Shown here: positions 29,422 to 39,083 of the stretch, in pieces
Position numbering within the stretch: the stretch's first letter is position 1
Layout of the letters: each line of letters opens with the position of its first letter
Assembly: GCA_963555985.3 (NCBI GenBank)
Contig: OY820591.1
Coordinates: 256,001 to 320,000 of the forward strand
Reading direction: 5' to 3'
Source of the DNA: Dehalococcoidia bacterium
GTDB lineage: Bacteria; Chloroflexota; Dehalococcoidia; Bin125
Length of the DNA: 64,000 nt
Notes under the pieces: model-generated
Seen by the model: the letters and a program-made list of their open reading frames with translations, nothing else
Databases searched by the model: none
What the model was told of the DNA's origin: nothing
Translations under genes and position numbers: made by a program

Positions 29422-29733
29422 CTAGACCAGGTTGCGGTAGATGTGGATCTCGGCCGACTCGAAGACCATTGCCTCGCGCACGGCGCGGCGCAGCTCGGCG
29501 AAGCGCTGATCCTGCGCGGCCAGTTCCTCGAACTGTTCGAGTTCCTTCAGGTCTTCGAACTCGGCGATGATCTCGACATTGCTCGCCGGCCCGGTGATCG
29601 AATCCCAGACCGAGAACTGCGCCTCGATCCCGCGCGCCGACTGATAATCCAGGGCCGCTTCAACCGCGCGCAGGAAGTCGGAGTGGCGACCCGGCGACAC
29701 ACGCCCGGTCAGGACTCGTCGGTACATGGCCAT
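29422..29733 (-). CDS. Dimeric alpha/beta-barrel (NIPSNAP-like) small protein
   Basis: PGRHSDF ... EIIAEFEDLKELE pattern. Confidence 0.6.
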   Translation of the reverse strand: MAMYRRVLTGRVSPGRHSDFLRAVEAALDYQSARGIEAQFSVWDSITGPASNVEIIAEFEDLKELEQFEELAAQDQRFAELRRAVREAMVFESAEIHIYRNLV

Positions 29734-30410
29734 AGGTGCTGCTCCTCGGGCGGGGGGCGATCGCCGTGCTGCTGATCGTGCCCCGGTTGGCGGGCGCGCA
29801 GGATGCGGATCACGCGCTCCAGGTCTTCAGTGTGATTGACATTGACGAACGACTCCAGCGCCGCATCGGCCGAGCGCAGTGTGGACTCGTCCAGAAGGCG
29901 GTGCGGCACCAGCGGCAGCAGCGCTCGCAGCCGCCCCTCGTTGCGATCGAGCAACTCGCGCACGACCGGCTCGATACCTCGCCGATAGGCGGCCAGCAGC
30001 GGCTGCGCAAAGCCGCCGACCTCGGGCATCGCAATCTCGACCCCGGCCGCGCCCGCAGCGACCGCCCGCAGCGTCGCGCGACGGAGCAGGGGCATGTCGC
30101 AGGCGACGAGCAGGGCCAGGTCGTGCTCGATCTCGTGCAGCGCCGCTTCCAGCCCCGCCATCGGTCCGCGTTCCGCCCGCAGGTCGGTCAGTTCCCGCCA
30201 GGGCGCGCCCATCGCGGTCAGAAACTGCTGATCGGGACGGCGCACCACAACAATGTCGTCGGTCACGCCCGCCGCCGCCAGCGCCGTCCAGTGCAGCAGC
30301 GGACGCCCCGCTGCCATGCAGGTGGCCTTGTCACGCCCCAGCCGTCGGCCAAACCCGCCGGCCAAGATGATCACCGAAAACGGCTCGCCCTCAAGCTGTC
30401 GATTAGTCAC
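29709..30410 (-). CDS. mobA: Molybdenum cofactor guanylyltransferase
   Basis: ILAGGFGRRLGRDKA, GPMAGL, VACDMP and FVNVNHTEDL motifs. Confidence 0.88.
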   Translation of the reverse strand: MTNRQLEGEPFSVIILAGGFGRRLGRDKATCMAAGRPLLHWTALAAAGVTDDIVVVRRPDQQFLTAMGAPWRELTDLRAERGPMAGLEAALHEIEHDLALLVACDMPLLRRATLRAVAAGAAGVEIAMPEVGGFAQPLLAAYRRGIEPVVRELLDRNEGRLRALLPLVPHRLLDESTLRSADAALESFVNVNHTEDLERVIRILRARQPGHDQQHGDRPPPEEQHLWPCTDES

Positions 30411-30432
30411 AAACTGAGTCTAGGCTGCCCAC

Positions 30433-31203
30433 ATGACACTGCCATTGCACTCCGCGCTGGGAATCGAGCGTCCCGCTGTATTCGCCACAGTCGGCGGCGG
30501 CGGCAAGACGACCGTCCTCTTCGCGCTGGCGGCGGAGTGGGAAGTGGCGGGCGGCGACGGTCTGACCGTGCTGACGACGACGACCAAGATGACCGTGCCT
30601 GCCGAGGGCAGACAGCTGCCGCTGTTGCTGGGTCGCAAGGATGCGTTTCGGGCTGGCGCATTGGCAGACGTGCGTGCCCGGGGCTTGTCGAGCGCAGTCG
30701 TCGGCAGTGGTCGCGGCGAGCGCGAGCGCGTGCTCGGCGTGAGTGCAGATTGGCCGCGAGCGGCGGTGGACGGGGGGCTGGCGTCGCTGGTCGCGGTCGA
30801 GGCGGACGGCTCCAAGGGACGCCCGTTCAAGGCTCCAGCCGAACACGAGCCAGTCTTGCCGACCGGAGTCGACGTGGTCGCGGCCGTCGTGGGCGCGGGC
30901 GTGCTGGGGCGTCCGCTGGACGAGCGCTCGGTGCATCGCCCGGAGTTGGCAGCCTCAGTCTTAGGTGCAGCGCTGGGCGATGAAGTGACGCCAGAGCTCG
31001 TGGCTGCGGTGCTGGCCTCGCCGCAGGGCGGGCGCAAAGGCGTGCCGAAAGGAGCGTCGTTCGTCGTACTGGTCTCAAGCGCCGCGCGCAATCCCGATGG
31101 CGCGGAGGCGATCGCGTCGGCCTGTCTGGAGCGCGGCGTTGAGCGAGTCGTGGTCTGGGACGCATCCGCAGAACTACTGCACGCGCGAACGATCGCGCGT
31201 TGA
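30433..31203 (+). CDS. yqeC: Selenium-dependent molybdenum hydroxylase accessory protein YqeC
   Basis: VGGGGKTT, TTTTKM and VEADGSKGRPFKAPAEHEP motifs. Confidence 0.88.
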   Translation: MTLPLHSALGIERPAVFATVGGGGKTTVLFALAAEWEVAGGDGLTVLTTTTKMTVPAEGRQLPLLLGRKDAFRAGALADVRARGLSSAVVGSGRGERERVLGVSADWPRAAVDGGLASLVAVEADGSKGRPFKAPAEHEPVLPTGVDVVAAVVGAGVLGRPLDERSVHRPELAASVLGAALGDEVTPELVAAVLASPQGGRKGVPKGASFVVLVSSAARNPDGAEAIASACLERGVERVVVWDASAELLHARTIAR

Positions 31204-31272
31204 ATTCCCTACGATCCACACCAAACGCCCAGCCGTAAACAGTACGCGGCGCCGCTTGGAAAGAGTCTCAAC

Positions 31273-32496
31273 ATGACCTCCGGCATTACCGATCGCATCA
31301 AAGTGATCGACGTCGACACCCACATCTCCGAACCCGAAGACCTCTGGACCTCGCGCGTCTCGTCGAAGTGGGGCGACCGCATCCCGCATGTGGTCAAGGC
31401 CGGCGACGCCGGCGCCACGGGCGGCGCCGATGTCGTGCGCAACATTGAGATCGATCGCGGCGCTACCGACGACATCTGGATCGTCGACGGCAAGCCGGGG
31501 ATGCCCACCGCCTTGCTCGCCTGGTCGGGCCACAACGAGCACTGGCCCCGGCACCCGCACACCCTGGCCGACGCCCACGCTGCCGCCAGCAACGCCGACG
31601 CGCGGCTGAAGCTGATGGATGAAGTCGGCGTCCACGCCAACCTGATCTTCCCCAACGTCGGCGGCAGCCGCCAGTACCTCAACATCGCCCGCTCCGAACC
31701 CGAGCTCGCGCTCGAATGCTGCCGCGCCTACAACGACTTCCTCACCGACTGGTGCAGCGCCGACCCCAACCGCCTGCTCGCGCAAGTCTCGCTGCCGCTC
31801 TGGGACATTCCTGCCTGCGTCGAGGAGATCGAGCGCAACGCCGCAGCCGGGCATAAGTCGGTGATGATGACCTACCAGCCCGACGGCTACGGTCTGCCCT
31901 GGCTCGCCGATGAGCACTGGGATCCGATCTGGAACGCCACCCAGGACGCCGGCCTGCCGATCACCTTCCACATCGACGCCGGCCGCGAGATGAACGTCTG
32001 GCCCGGCTACGATCCCACGACCTATCTGGTCAAGCTCACGATCATGAGCTTTCTCGGCAACACCGACGCGATCTCCGAGGTGATCTACGCCGGACTCTGC
32101 CACCGCTTTCCCGAGCTCGACTTCGTCTCTGTCGAGAGTGGGATCGGCTACATCCCCTATCTGCTCGAGTCGATGGACTGGCAGTGGATCAACCTCGGTC
32201 TGGACAAGGCGCACCCCGAGCGCGACCTCTTGCCGAGCGAGTACTTCTACCGTCAGGTCTACGGCAGTTTCTGGTTCGAGCACGACTCGGCCCTGCGCGT
32301 GATCGACCTGATCCAGGACAACGTGATGTACGAGACGGACTTCCCCCACCCGACCAGCATCACGCCGGGAGCGTTCGAGTTTTCCGAAAGCGCCAGCGAG
32401 AACTTGGACCGTAAGTTCAGCAACTCCGGCATCTCCGAGGAGATCCTGCGCAAAGTCCTCCACGACAACGCCGCCAAGGTCTACCACCTCGACTGA
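31273..32496 (+). CDS. Amidohydrolase_2 family protein
   Basis: IDVDTHISEP, RAYNDFL and YETDFPHP motifs. Confidence 0.9.
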   Translation: MTSGITDRIKVIDVDTHISEPEDLWTSRVSSKWGDRIPHVVKAGDAGATGGADVVRNIEIDRGATDDIWIVDGKPGMPTALLAWSGHNEHWPRHPHTLADAHAAASNADARLKLMDEVGVHANLIFPNVGGSRQYLNIARSEPELALECCRAYNDFLTDWCSADPNRLLAQVSLPLWDIPACVEEIERNAAAGHKSVMMTYQPDGYGLPWLADEHWDPIWNATQDAGLPITFHIDAGREMNVWPGYDPTTYLVKLTIMSFLGNTDAISEVIYAGLCHRFPELDFVSVESGIGYIPYLLESMDWQWINLGLDKAHPERDLLPSEYFYRQVYGSFWFEHDSALRVIDLIQDNVMYETDFPHPTSITPGAFEFSESASENLDRKFSNSGISEEILRKVLHDNAAKVYHLD

Positions 32497-32560
32497 GCGA
32501 TCTAGTTAACCATCTGATCCCCCTGCACACTTCTGGTCAATTCGCCCAGTGCGATCTCCC

Positions 32561-32604
32561 CTCTCCCCCCGCACCGCGGGGGGAGATGCCGCAGGCAGAG
32601 GGGG
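32561..32604. repeat. CCCCCTCTG...GGGGGAGA double-hairpin repeat (reverse orientation)
   Basis: CTCTCCCCCCGCACCGCGGGGGGAGATGCCGCAGGCAGAGGGGG. Confidence 0.8.
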
Positions 32605-32681
32605 TCCGGTCAGCAAGCCCATCAGCCAGCAGCCACTTACTGTACGGGTGACGAGCGCGTAGGTGGTCAAGGGGACATTCG

Positions 32682-34244
32682 ATGAGCTGGCAAGCCGAGC
32701 TTGATGAGCTGGAACGGCGGGCGGAGCTCGCGCGGCAGATGGGCGGGGAGGAGAGCGTCGCCTTTCATCACGGGCGGGGCAAGCTGACCGTGCGCGAACG
32801 GATCGACCTCTTGGCCGATCGCGATGGCTTCCAGGAATCCGGCGCGCTTGCGGGCAATCCCGAGTGGGACGGCAACCGGCTGAGCGGATTGACGCCGGCC
32901 AACAGCGTCGTCGGCGTGGCCCGGATCAACGGGCGCAAAGTCGCCGTCCAGGGCGACGATTTCACGATTCGCGGCGGCTCGGCGGATGGTTTCGTCGGCA
33001 GCAAGTCGATCTGGGCGCTGCGCCACGCCTACATGAACCGGATCCCTTTCGTGCGCCTGCTCGATGCGACCGGCGGCAGCGTCCGCACGTTCGAGAAGAT
33101 CGGGCGCACCTACCTCACCGGACCAGAGCAGGGCGGCAATCACGGCTACGAGGATGCGCTCTGGTATGTGCCGGTGGTCAATGTCGTGCTTGGATCGGTG
33201 GCGGGTCTGCCGGCTGTGCTGGCGGCGGACGGCCACTTCAACGTGATGGTCAAGGGGACGAGTCAACTGTTCGTGGGCGGGCCGCCGGTGGTCAAGGCGA
33301 GCCGCGGGTTGGACATCTCCAAAGAGGAACTGGGCGGCGAGCAGATTCAGGTTTTCGAGAACGGGGTCGTCCAGAATCTCGCCGAGACCGAGGCTGAGGC
33401 GATGGCGCAGGCACGGAGGTTCCTGAGCTATCTGCCGCAGAACGTCTGGGAGACGCCGCCGCGAATCGAACCGACCGATGCTCCGGAGCGGCGCGAAGAA
33501 GGCTTGCTCTCGGTGATCCCGCGCAATCTCCGCCGGATCTACAACGCGCGCAAGATTCTCGACTGGGTGTTGGACCAGGATTCGTTCTTCGAGATTCAGC
33601 CGCATTGGGGCAAGTCGCGGATCACCGGTCTGGCTCGCGTTGATGGCTACCCGGTCGGCGTGATGATCAACAACCCGCGCGAGAACGGCGGCGCGACGGA
33701 CAAGGCGGCTGCGGAGAAGGTGATTCGCTTGATCCAGCTCTGCGACACGTTTCATCTGCCGCTGATCTATTTCTGCGACGAGCCCGGATTCTCGGTTGGC
33801 CCCGCCGACGAACGCTCCGGCATCATTCGCGGGGGAACGCGCTTGATGCTGATCAGCCGGCTCTCGCAGATGCCCTATCTGGTCTTCATCACCCGTCAGG
33901 CTTACGGGGTCGCGGGCGGACTTCAGTACCGCCGCGGCAACGCGCTCTACCGCCGCTACGCCTGGCCCTCGGCGCATTGGGGATCGATGCACATTGAGGG
34001 CGGCGTCACCGCCGCCTATCGGCGCGAAATCCGCGAAGCGGGCGATCCGGAGGCGAAACGACTGGAGATTGAGGCGCGGCTCAACGAACTACGATCACCG
34101 ATGCGCACGGCGCACGCCTTCGGGATCGAAGACATGATCGACCCGCGTGAGACTCGTCCGTTGATGGTGGATTTTGTGCGCGACGCCCAGTCATACATCG
34201 CCACCACGCTGGGCCCAACGACGCGCATTCCCTACCTGCCCTGA
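32682..34244 (+). CDS. Acyl-CoA carboxylase carboxyltransferase (beta) subunit
   Basis: HHGRGKLTVRERI, DDFTIRGG, GGPPVV, EELGG and IDPRETR motifs. Confidence 0.92.
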   Translation: MSWQAELDELERRAELARQMGGEESVAFHHGRGKLTVRERIDLLADRDGFQESGALAGNPEWDGNRLSGLTPANSVVGVARINGRKVAVQGDDFTIRGGSADGFVGSKSIWALRHAYMNRIPFVRLLDATGGSVRTFEKIGRTYLTGPEQGGNHGYEDALWYVPVVNVVLGSVAGLPAVLAADGHFNVMVKGTSQLFVGGPPVVKASRGLDISKEELGGEQIQVFENGVVQNLAETEAEAMAQARRFLSYLPQNVWETPPRIEPTDAPERREEGLLSVIPRNLRRIYNARKILDWVLDQDSFFEIQPHWGKSRITGLARVDGYPVGVMINNPRENGGATDKAAAEKVIRLIQLCDTFHLPLIYFCDEPGFSVGPADERSGIIRGGTRLMLISRLSQMPYLVFITRQAYGVAGGLQYRRGNALYRRYAWPSAHWGSMHIEGGVTAAYRREIREAGDPEAKRLEIEARLNELRSPMRTAHAFGIEDMIDPRETRPLMVDFVRDAQSYIATTLGPTTRIPYLP

Positions 34245-34256
34245 TCTACACCAGCA

Positions 34257-34988
34257 TCAGACGTCCAGCGGTCGATCGGCGCACCAGAGCAAGCCGTTCC
34301 GGACGAGTCTGCCAAACGCCGGGTGCTTCCAGGTACGCGGGTCGTGTCCGAGCTGCATACAGAAGATGCGCGAATCGCGGTACGTTCGGGTCCAGGCCAA
34401 GGTCTGCATCGAGTTGGGATTGTCGGTCGTCAAGAGCACATCGCAGTCGTCGCCGCAATCGGCGATGTCGTAGGTCTCGTCCTGGATTGAGAAATCCGAG
34501 AGTCCGGCTGCGGCGGGGTGATCGAGATTCACTCGGATGTCGTAGGTGCTCTCCCAGGTGTCCGCGACCTCGATCGTGCGGTCGGGCATCCCGATGACTT
34601 CTGACCACAAGCCGCCCGTACCCCAGTTCAGCAGCGCATGGTGCATCACGAAGATCGGCATCCCTGATTCGATCATGCGCTCCAGACTGTCCACCGTCTT
34701 CTTGCTTGGCTCGTCCCGCAGCATCGTGTAGAACAGCGTCACGTCGTAGCTGTCGCGCATGTCCTGATCGTCCGAGGGCGGCTCGACAATCCCGTGGTCG
34801 CCGCGCAGGTCGGGCCGGCTGATCCGGTGCCCGTCCTCCATGAAGGAGTCGTTACCGGCGCCGAAGAGCCATTGATCGAAGTGGTGGACATAGGCGTCGA
34901 TCCCGTCGAGGCCGTTAAAGAAGTCGATGAAGGGCCGGACGTGGAAGAAGTGTCCGCCGGTGAGGACGGCGACTGAAAGGTTGGTCAT
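34257..34988 (-). CDS. ThuA-like domain protein
   Basis: LTGGH, DETY, LAWTRTY and LGHD motifs. Confidence 0.8.
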   Translation of the reverse strand: MTNLSVAVLTGGHFFHVRPFIDFFNGLDGIDAYVHHFDQWLFGAGNDSFMEDGHRISRPDLRGDHGIVEPPSDDQDMRDSYDVTLFYTMLRDEPSKKTVDSLERMIESGMPIFVMHHALLNWGTGGLWSEVIGMPDRTIEVADTWESTYDIRVNLDHPAAAGLSDFSIQDETYDIADCGDDCDVLLTTDNPNSMQTLAWTRTYRDSRIFCMQLGHDPRTWKHPAFGRLVRNGLLWCADRPLDV

Positions 34989-35051
34989 GCTGGTGTCCGT
35001 TTCGTTGGGCGCTCCGCGAGCGACGATGACCGGTCTACTCCCGAGCGGGCG

Positions 35052-35810
35052 TCACCACTCGGCTTGGACCTCCCATTCGGCGGAGATCAGATCGGGCGCC
35101 GTCCAGCAGGCGCAGGCGTGATGGGCGACTCGATCCGGATCGATCAGGCGAATTGCGCCGCGCCGAATAGAGGAGACCAGGCCCTCGCGCGTGAGCAGTG
35201 AGAGGGCTGCGCTGACCGCGGGTCTGGTCGCTCCTACGACTTCGGCGAGTTCTTCATGCGTGATCGGCACGATCTCGTCGCCGGTCTCCTGATGCACCAG
35301 CGAGAGCCAGGCGCAGCAACGGGTGCTGAGCGAGTGGAAGCGGGCGCAGACGGCGTGGGAGGCGGCGAGCCGGAATTTTCTCGCGCTGGCGCGCGCCAGC
35401 GCCACGCGCAGGGTTGAGGAGTGGGTGGCGAGTTCACGCACCGTCGCCGCCGAGACGACGATCGCTTCGCCGGCGACGCGGACTTTGTAGGTGAGGAAGA
35501 AAGGCATCCCGTGCACCGCGCGCATCCCGCCCAGTACGCCCTGGGGTCCGACGAAGACGGGCTGGATGCAATCGCCGTCTTCGGTTTCGAGCACGCCGCC
35601 GAAGATGCCGCTGAGCGGGAAGAGCACGCTGCCGCGGTTGAACCAGCGATCGAGCCGATCGCCGCGCTTGAGGAACACGAATTCGGCCTGTTCCAGGAGT
35701 TCGGCCAGAGGCTCGGGCGCGACCTGCGCGAGAATCCGGTTGCTGCGAACGCGGGCGTCCCAATTGACGCCGAGCTGTGTGGGCACGCCATTTCCTACTG
35801 CTTGAGTCAT
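35052..35810 (-). CDS. Crp/Fnr family transcriptional regulator
   Basis: cNMP-like domain plus HTH THEELAEVVGATRPAVSAAL. Confidence 0.88.
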   Translation of the reverse strand: MTQAVGNGVPTQLGVNWDARVRSNRILAQVAPEPLAELLEQAEFVFLKRGDRLDRWFNRGSVLFPLSGIFGGVLETEDGDCIQPVFVGPQGVLGGMRAVHGMPFFLTYKVRVAGEAIVVSAATVRELATHSSTLRVALARASARKFRLAASHAVCARFHSLSTRCCAWLSLVHQETGDEIVPITHEELAEVVGATRPAVSAALSLLTREGLVSSIRRGAIRLIDPDRVAHHACACWTAPDLISAEWEVQAEW

Positions 35811-36017
35811 CGTCGGGTCCTTGCTAGGAGAGGCGTGCGAGTCGTAGGGCTGTGTCCTATCGTTCGCTCCGCAGCAAATGTTAGCGCGAGTGAATTGATC
35901 CAAGCAGGACCATCAATCGCGTTGAAGGATTATCGCTGTTGAGAATTGCCTTCGCAACGCCTAGTCTGTGCGCCGGTCAAGGCTGTTTGGCCGCGTCTTG
36001 GGCAGAGGGGAACGAGC

Positions 36018-36776
36018 ATGGACGAGAGCAACGCGATTCTCGAAGTTCGCGGTCTGCGCAAGTGGTTTGGCGGCGTGCATGCACTTGACGGCGTGGACCT
36101 GGAGGTCTACGACGGCGAGATTCTGGGCATCATCGGCCCCAACGGCTCGGGTAAGACGACATTGTTCAACGTGATCGCCGGGGTGCATCGCCCGACCGGT
36201 GGGTTGGTGACGTGGATGGGCGAGAACATCACCGGCAAGTCGGCCGAGTCGATGGCGGGGCGGGGGATCATTCGCACCTTTCAGCAGGCGATGGCGTTCG
36301 AAGACCTGACGGTGCGGGACAACGTTGGGATCGCCTGCCAGCACCGGCCGCGGTCGACGCGCGCCGACCGGACCTATGAGGGGCTGCACAGCGCGGCGGA
36401 GATCATCGATTTCGTCGGCCTGAGTGAGTTCGCCGACGAGAAGGCGACCAATCTCGGTTTTGGCAACCTGCGCCGGCTGGGGGTGGGGATCGCAATCGGC
36501 GGGCATCCGCGGCTGTTGATGGCCGACGAGCCGGCCGCGGGCTTGAATGACAACGAGACCGCCGACCTGAGCCAGCTGATCGAGTCGATTCGCGGGCGCG
36601 GAGTGACCGTCGCGGTGATCGACCACGACATGAACATGATGATGAACATCTGCGACCGCTTGGTCGTGCTGGATTTCGGTCAGAAGATCGCCGAGGGCAA
36701 ACCCGACGAGGTGCGGAACGATCCCAAGGTGCTCGAAGTGTATTTGGGGGAAGATCTTGCCGCTGCTGGAGATTAG
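36018..36776 (+). CDS. livG: Branched-chain amino acid-type ABC ATPase (LivG-like)
   Basis: FGGVHAL, GPNGSGKTT, DEPAAGLN and VLEVYLG motifs. Confidence 0.88.
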   Translation: MDESNAILEVRGLRKWFGGVHALDGVDLEVYDGEILGIIGPNGSGKTTLFNVIAGVHRPTGGLVTWMGENITGKSAESMAGRGIIRTFQQAMAFEDLTVRDNVGIACQHRPRSTRADRTYEGLHSAAEIIDFVGLSEFADEKATNLGFGNLRRLGVGIAIGGHPRLLMADEPAAGLNDNETADLSQLIESIRGRGVTVAVIDHDMNMMMNICDRLVVLDFGQKIAEGKPDEVRNDPKVLEVYLGEDLAAAGD

Positions 36777-37491
36777 CGACCTGCATACCGCCTACGGTCG
36801 CACACGGGTTCATCGGGGTATTGAGCTGAGCCTGGAGGCGGGCGAGATCGTCGCCATTCTCGGCCCCAATGGGGCGGGGAAGTCGACGCTGTTGAGCGCG
36901 ATCGCGGGCTTGATCCGTCCGACTGGCGGGCGGATCGAGTACCAGGGGCAGAATTTGGCCGGATGGACGGCCGATCGCGCGGCCAAGGCGGGGATCAGCC
37001 TGGTGCCCGAAGGCCGCCGCATCTTTCAGGGGATGACGGTGCGCGACAACCTCGAGTTGGGCGCGTATGTGCAGTCGGATCGCGGATCGGTTGAGGAAGA
37101 TTTCGGGCGGGTGCTGGAGTATTTCCCGATTCTGCACGAGCGGCTCGATTCGCAGGGCAGCGACCTCAGCGGCGGCCAGCAGCAGATGCTGGCGATTGCG
37201 CGGGGCTTGATGGCGCGTCCGACGCTGATGCTGCTGGATGAGCCGTCGTTGGGGTTGTCGCCTGTGCTCGTGAAGGATCTTGAGGCGATCATCCTCGGTC
37301 TGCGCGAACAGTTTGGCGCGTCGGTGCTGCTGGTGGAGCAGAACGCAAGTCTGGCGCTTGCGGTGGCAACGCGCGGCTATCTGATGCAGACCGGCTCGAT
37401 TGCGGCTGAGGGACTGTTGGAGGAGATGCGCGAGACGGGTCTGATGCGCGAGCTCTACCTGGGGGCGGCGGACGCGGCCGGGGGCGCCTGA
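36757..37491 (+). CDS. livF: Branched-chain amino acid-type ABC ATPase (LivF-like)
   Basis: GPNGAGKST, VPEGRRIF, LSGGQQQMLAIAR and VEQNA motifs. Confidence 0.9.
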   Translation: MPLLEISDLHTAYGRTRVHRGIELSLEAGEIVAILGPNGAGKSTLLSAIAGLIRPTGGRIEYQGQNLAGWTADRAAKAGISLVPEGRRIFQGMTVRDNLELGAYVQSDRGSVEEDFGRVLEYFPILHERLDSQGSDLSGGQQQMLAIARGLMARPTLMLLDEPSLGLSPVLVKDLEAIILGLREQFGASVLLVEQNASLALAVATRGYLMQTGSIAAEGLLEEMRETGLMRELYLGAADAAGGA

Positions 37492-37508
37492 GCGCACAGC
37501 GTCGTACC

Positions 37509-37928
37509 TCAGCCCAGGGCGGCTGCGCCGGCTTGGGCGACTTCGGTGTCCTGCTGGTAGCTGCCGCCGCTGACGCCGATCGCGCCGATGATCGCGCCCT
37601 CGCTGACGAGCGGGACGCCGCCGCCGATCATCATGAAGTTGGGGATGGCGGTGACGCCGTGAAGCAGGGGCGGATCGTTTTCGATCACGCTGTACCACTG
37701 GTCGGTGGCCAGACCAAAGCCGACCGCTGTGGTCGCCTTGTGCTGGGCGACGTCGACGCTGGCGAGGAGCGCTCCGTCCATGCGCAGGAACGCCTTGAGC
37801 TTGGCGGATTCGTCGACGATCGCGATCACCATCGGTACGCCGAGCTCGTTTGCTTTGGCGATGGCCGCTTCGATTGCCTGTCCGGCGCCTTCGGCGCTGA
37901 TGGTCTGCTTGGAGGTCGTTGAGGCCAC
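37509..37928 (-). CDS. GlcG/HbpS family heme-binding protein
   Basis: IAIVDESA ... RMDGA ... KATTA ... GGGVPL ... IGVSGG. Confidence 0.9.
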   Translation of the reverse strand: MASTTSKQTISAEGAGQAIEAAIAKANELGVPMVIAIVDESAKLKAFLRMDGALLASVDVAQHKATTAVGFGLATDQWYSVIENDPPLLHGVTAIPNFMMIGGGVPLVSEGAIIGAIGVSGGSYQQDTEVAQAGAAALG

Positions 37929-37976
37929 GTTGTGCTCCAGTTTCGTTGTGTCTGATTGACGCGCACTCCGGCGGCG

Positions 37977-38852
37977 CTAGGCCGCCGAGCCTCGCAGCAG
38001 CCCCTGCGGGCGCACGAGCAGGATCAGGATCATGAGGCCGAAGGCGTAGGCGTTGGTCCAGGCGGGGGCGAAGTAGCCCTGGCTCATGGCTTCGAGCAGG
38101 CCGAGGAAGAGGGCGGCCAGTACGGCTCCGGTGACGTTGCCCAAGCCGCCGATGATCGCGACGGCGAAGCCTTTGATCACGAAGTTCGCGCCGACGAAGG
38201 GGGAGACGGGGAAGAAGGAGATCAGCAGCGCTCCGCCGAGACCGGCGATGGCGCTGCCGACGATGAAGATGCCCATGACGTAACGCCGAACCGGGATGCC
38301 CATCAGCGCGGCGGTGTCGCGGTCGGTGGCGATAGCGCGGAGGGCGCGTCCCCAACGAGTGCGCTGGATGCCGTAGAAGGTGGCGGCGAAGAGGGCGAGG
38401 GTGGTGCCGATCACGAAGACGCGGGTGGCGAGCACGCGGACATCGCCGACGTCCCAGACGACGTTGAGGGGACGAGGGATATCGACCGCATCGGCGTTCC
38501 AGATGCCGGCGACGACGTGTTGGAGGATGAAGATCAGACCGATCGAGACAATGAAGCCGTTGATCGGTTCCTGGAGGGTGAAGCGGAACAGCCCCCGTTC
38601 GAGGGCGAGGCCGAGCGTGCCGACGACGGCGATCGCGACCATCAGACCGAGGAAGTACCAGCCGAAGCCTGCGCCCAGGCCGAGTTCGACGACGACGGCC
38701 CAGACGGCGTAGCCGCCGATCATCAGCATTTCGCCCTGAGCGAAGTTGACGATTCCGGTGAGGCCGAAGATCAGGGTGATGCCGATCGCGATCAGGGCGA
38801 TCACGCTGGCGATGGAGAGACCGAGCACGACCTGCTGGAGGAAGGTATCCAT
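37977..38852 (-). CDS. livH: Branched-chain amino acid-type ABC permease (LivH-like)
   Basis: GITLIFGLTGIVNFAQGE, AALMGI and IIGGLG motifs. Confidence 0.88.
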   Translation of the reverse strand: MDTFLQQVVLGLSIASVIALIAIGITLIFGLTGIVNFAQGEMLMIGGYAVWAVVVELGLGAGFGWYFLGLMVAIAVVGTLGLALERGLFRFTLQEPINGFIVSIGLIFILQHVVAGIWNADAVDIPRPLNVVWDVGDVRVLATRVFVIGTTLALFAATFYGIQRTRWGRALRAIATDRDTAALMGIPVRRYVMGIFIVGSAIAGLGGALLISFFPVSPFVGANFVIKGFAVAIIGGLGNVTGAVLAALFLGLLEAMSQGYFAPAWTNAYAFGLMILILLVRPQGLLRGSAA

Positions 38853-39083
38853 CTGCTCGCCGTCCTCTCGCGGGCGCGTCCTCCGGGAGCGCGGAGCGGA
38901 TCGTCTTGCTGCGTCGCAGCCGCGCACAAGTTAGCGAAGCGGCGCAGCCTGTTTCGTCATGACGCTTACTGACATCGCAGCTCGATATTTTCATCTTGCC
39001 CGCAGGTTGGCGGCCTGAGGCTGCCGATGGTCGTTCTGCCGCAGATGGAAAGCGCAGACGACGAACGAGAGGAGCGGGAACCC

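Noticed and set aside
35895-35916. Canonical FNR box
   Set aside because: The half-sites TTGAT/ATCAA are separated by 12 bp rather than 4; kept only as a weak candidate operator.
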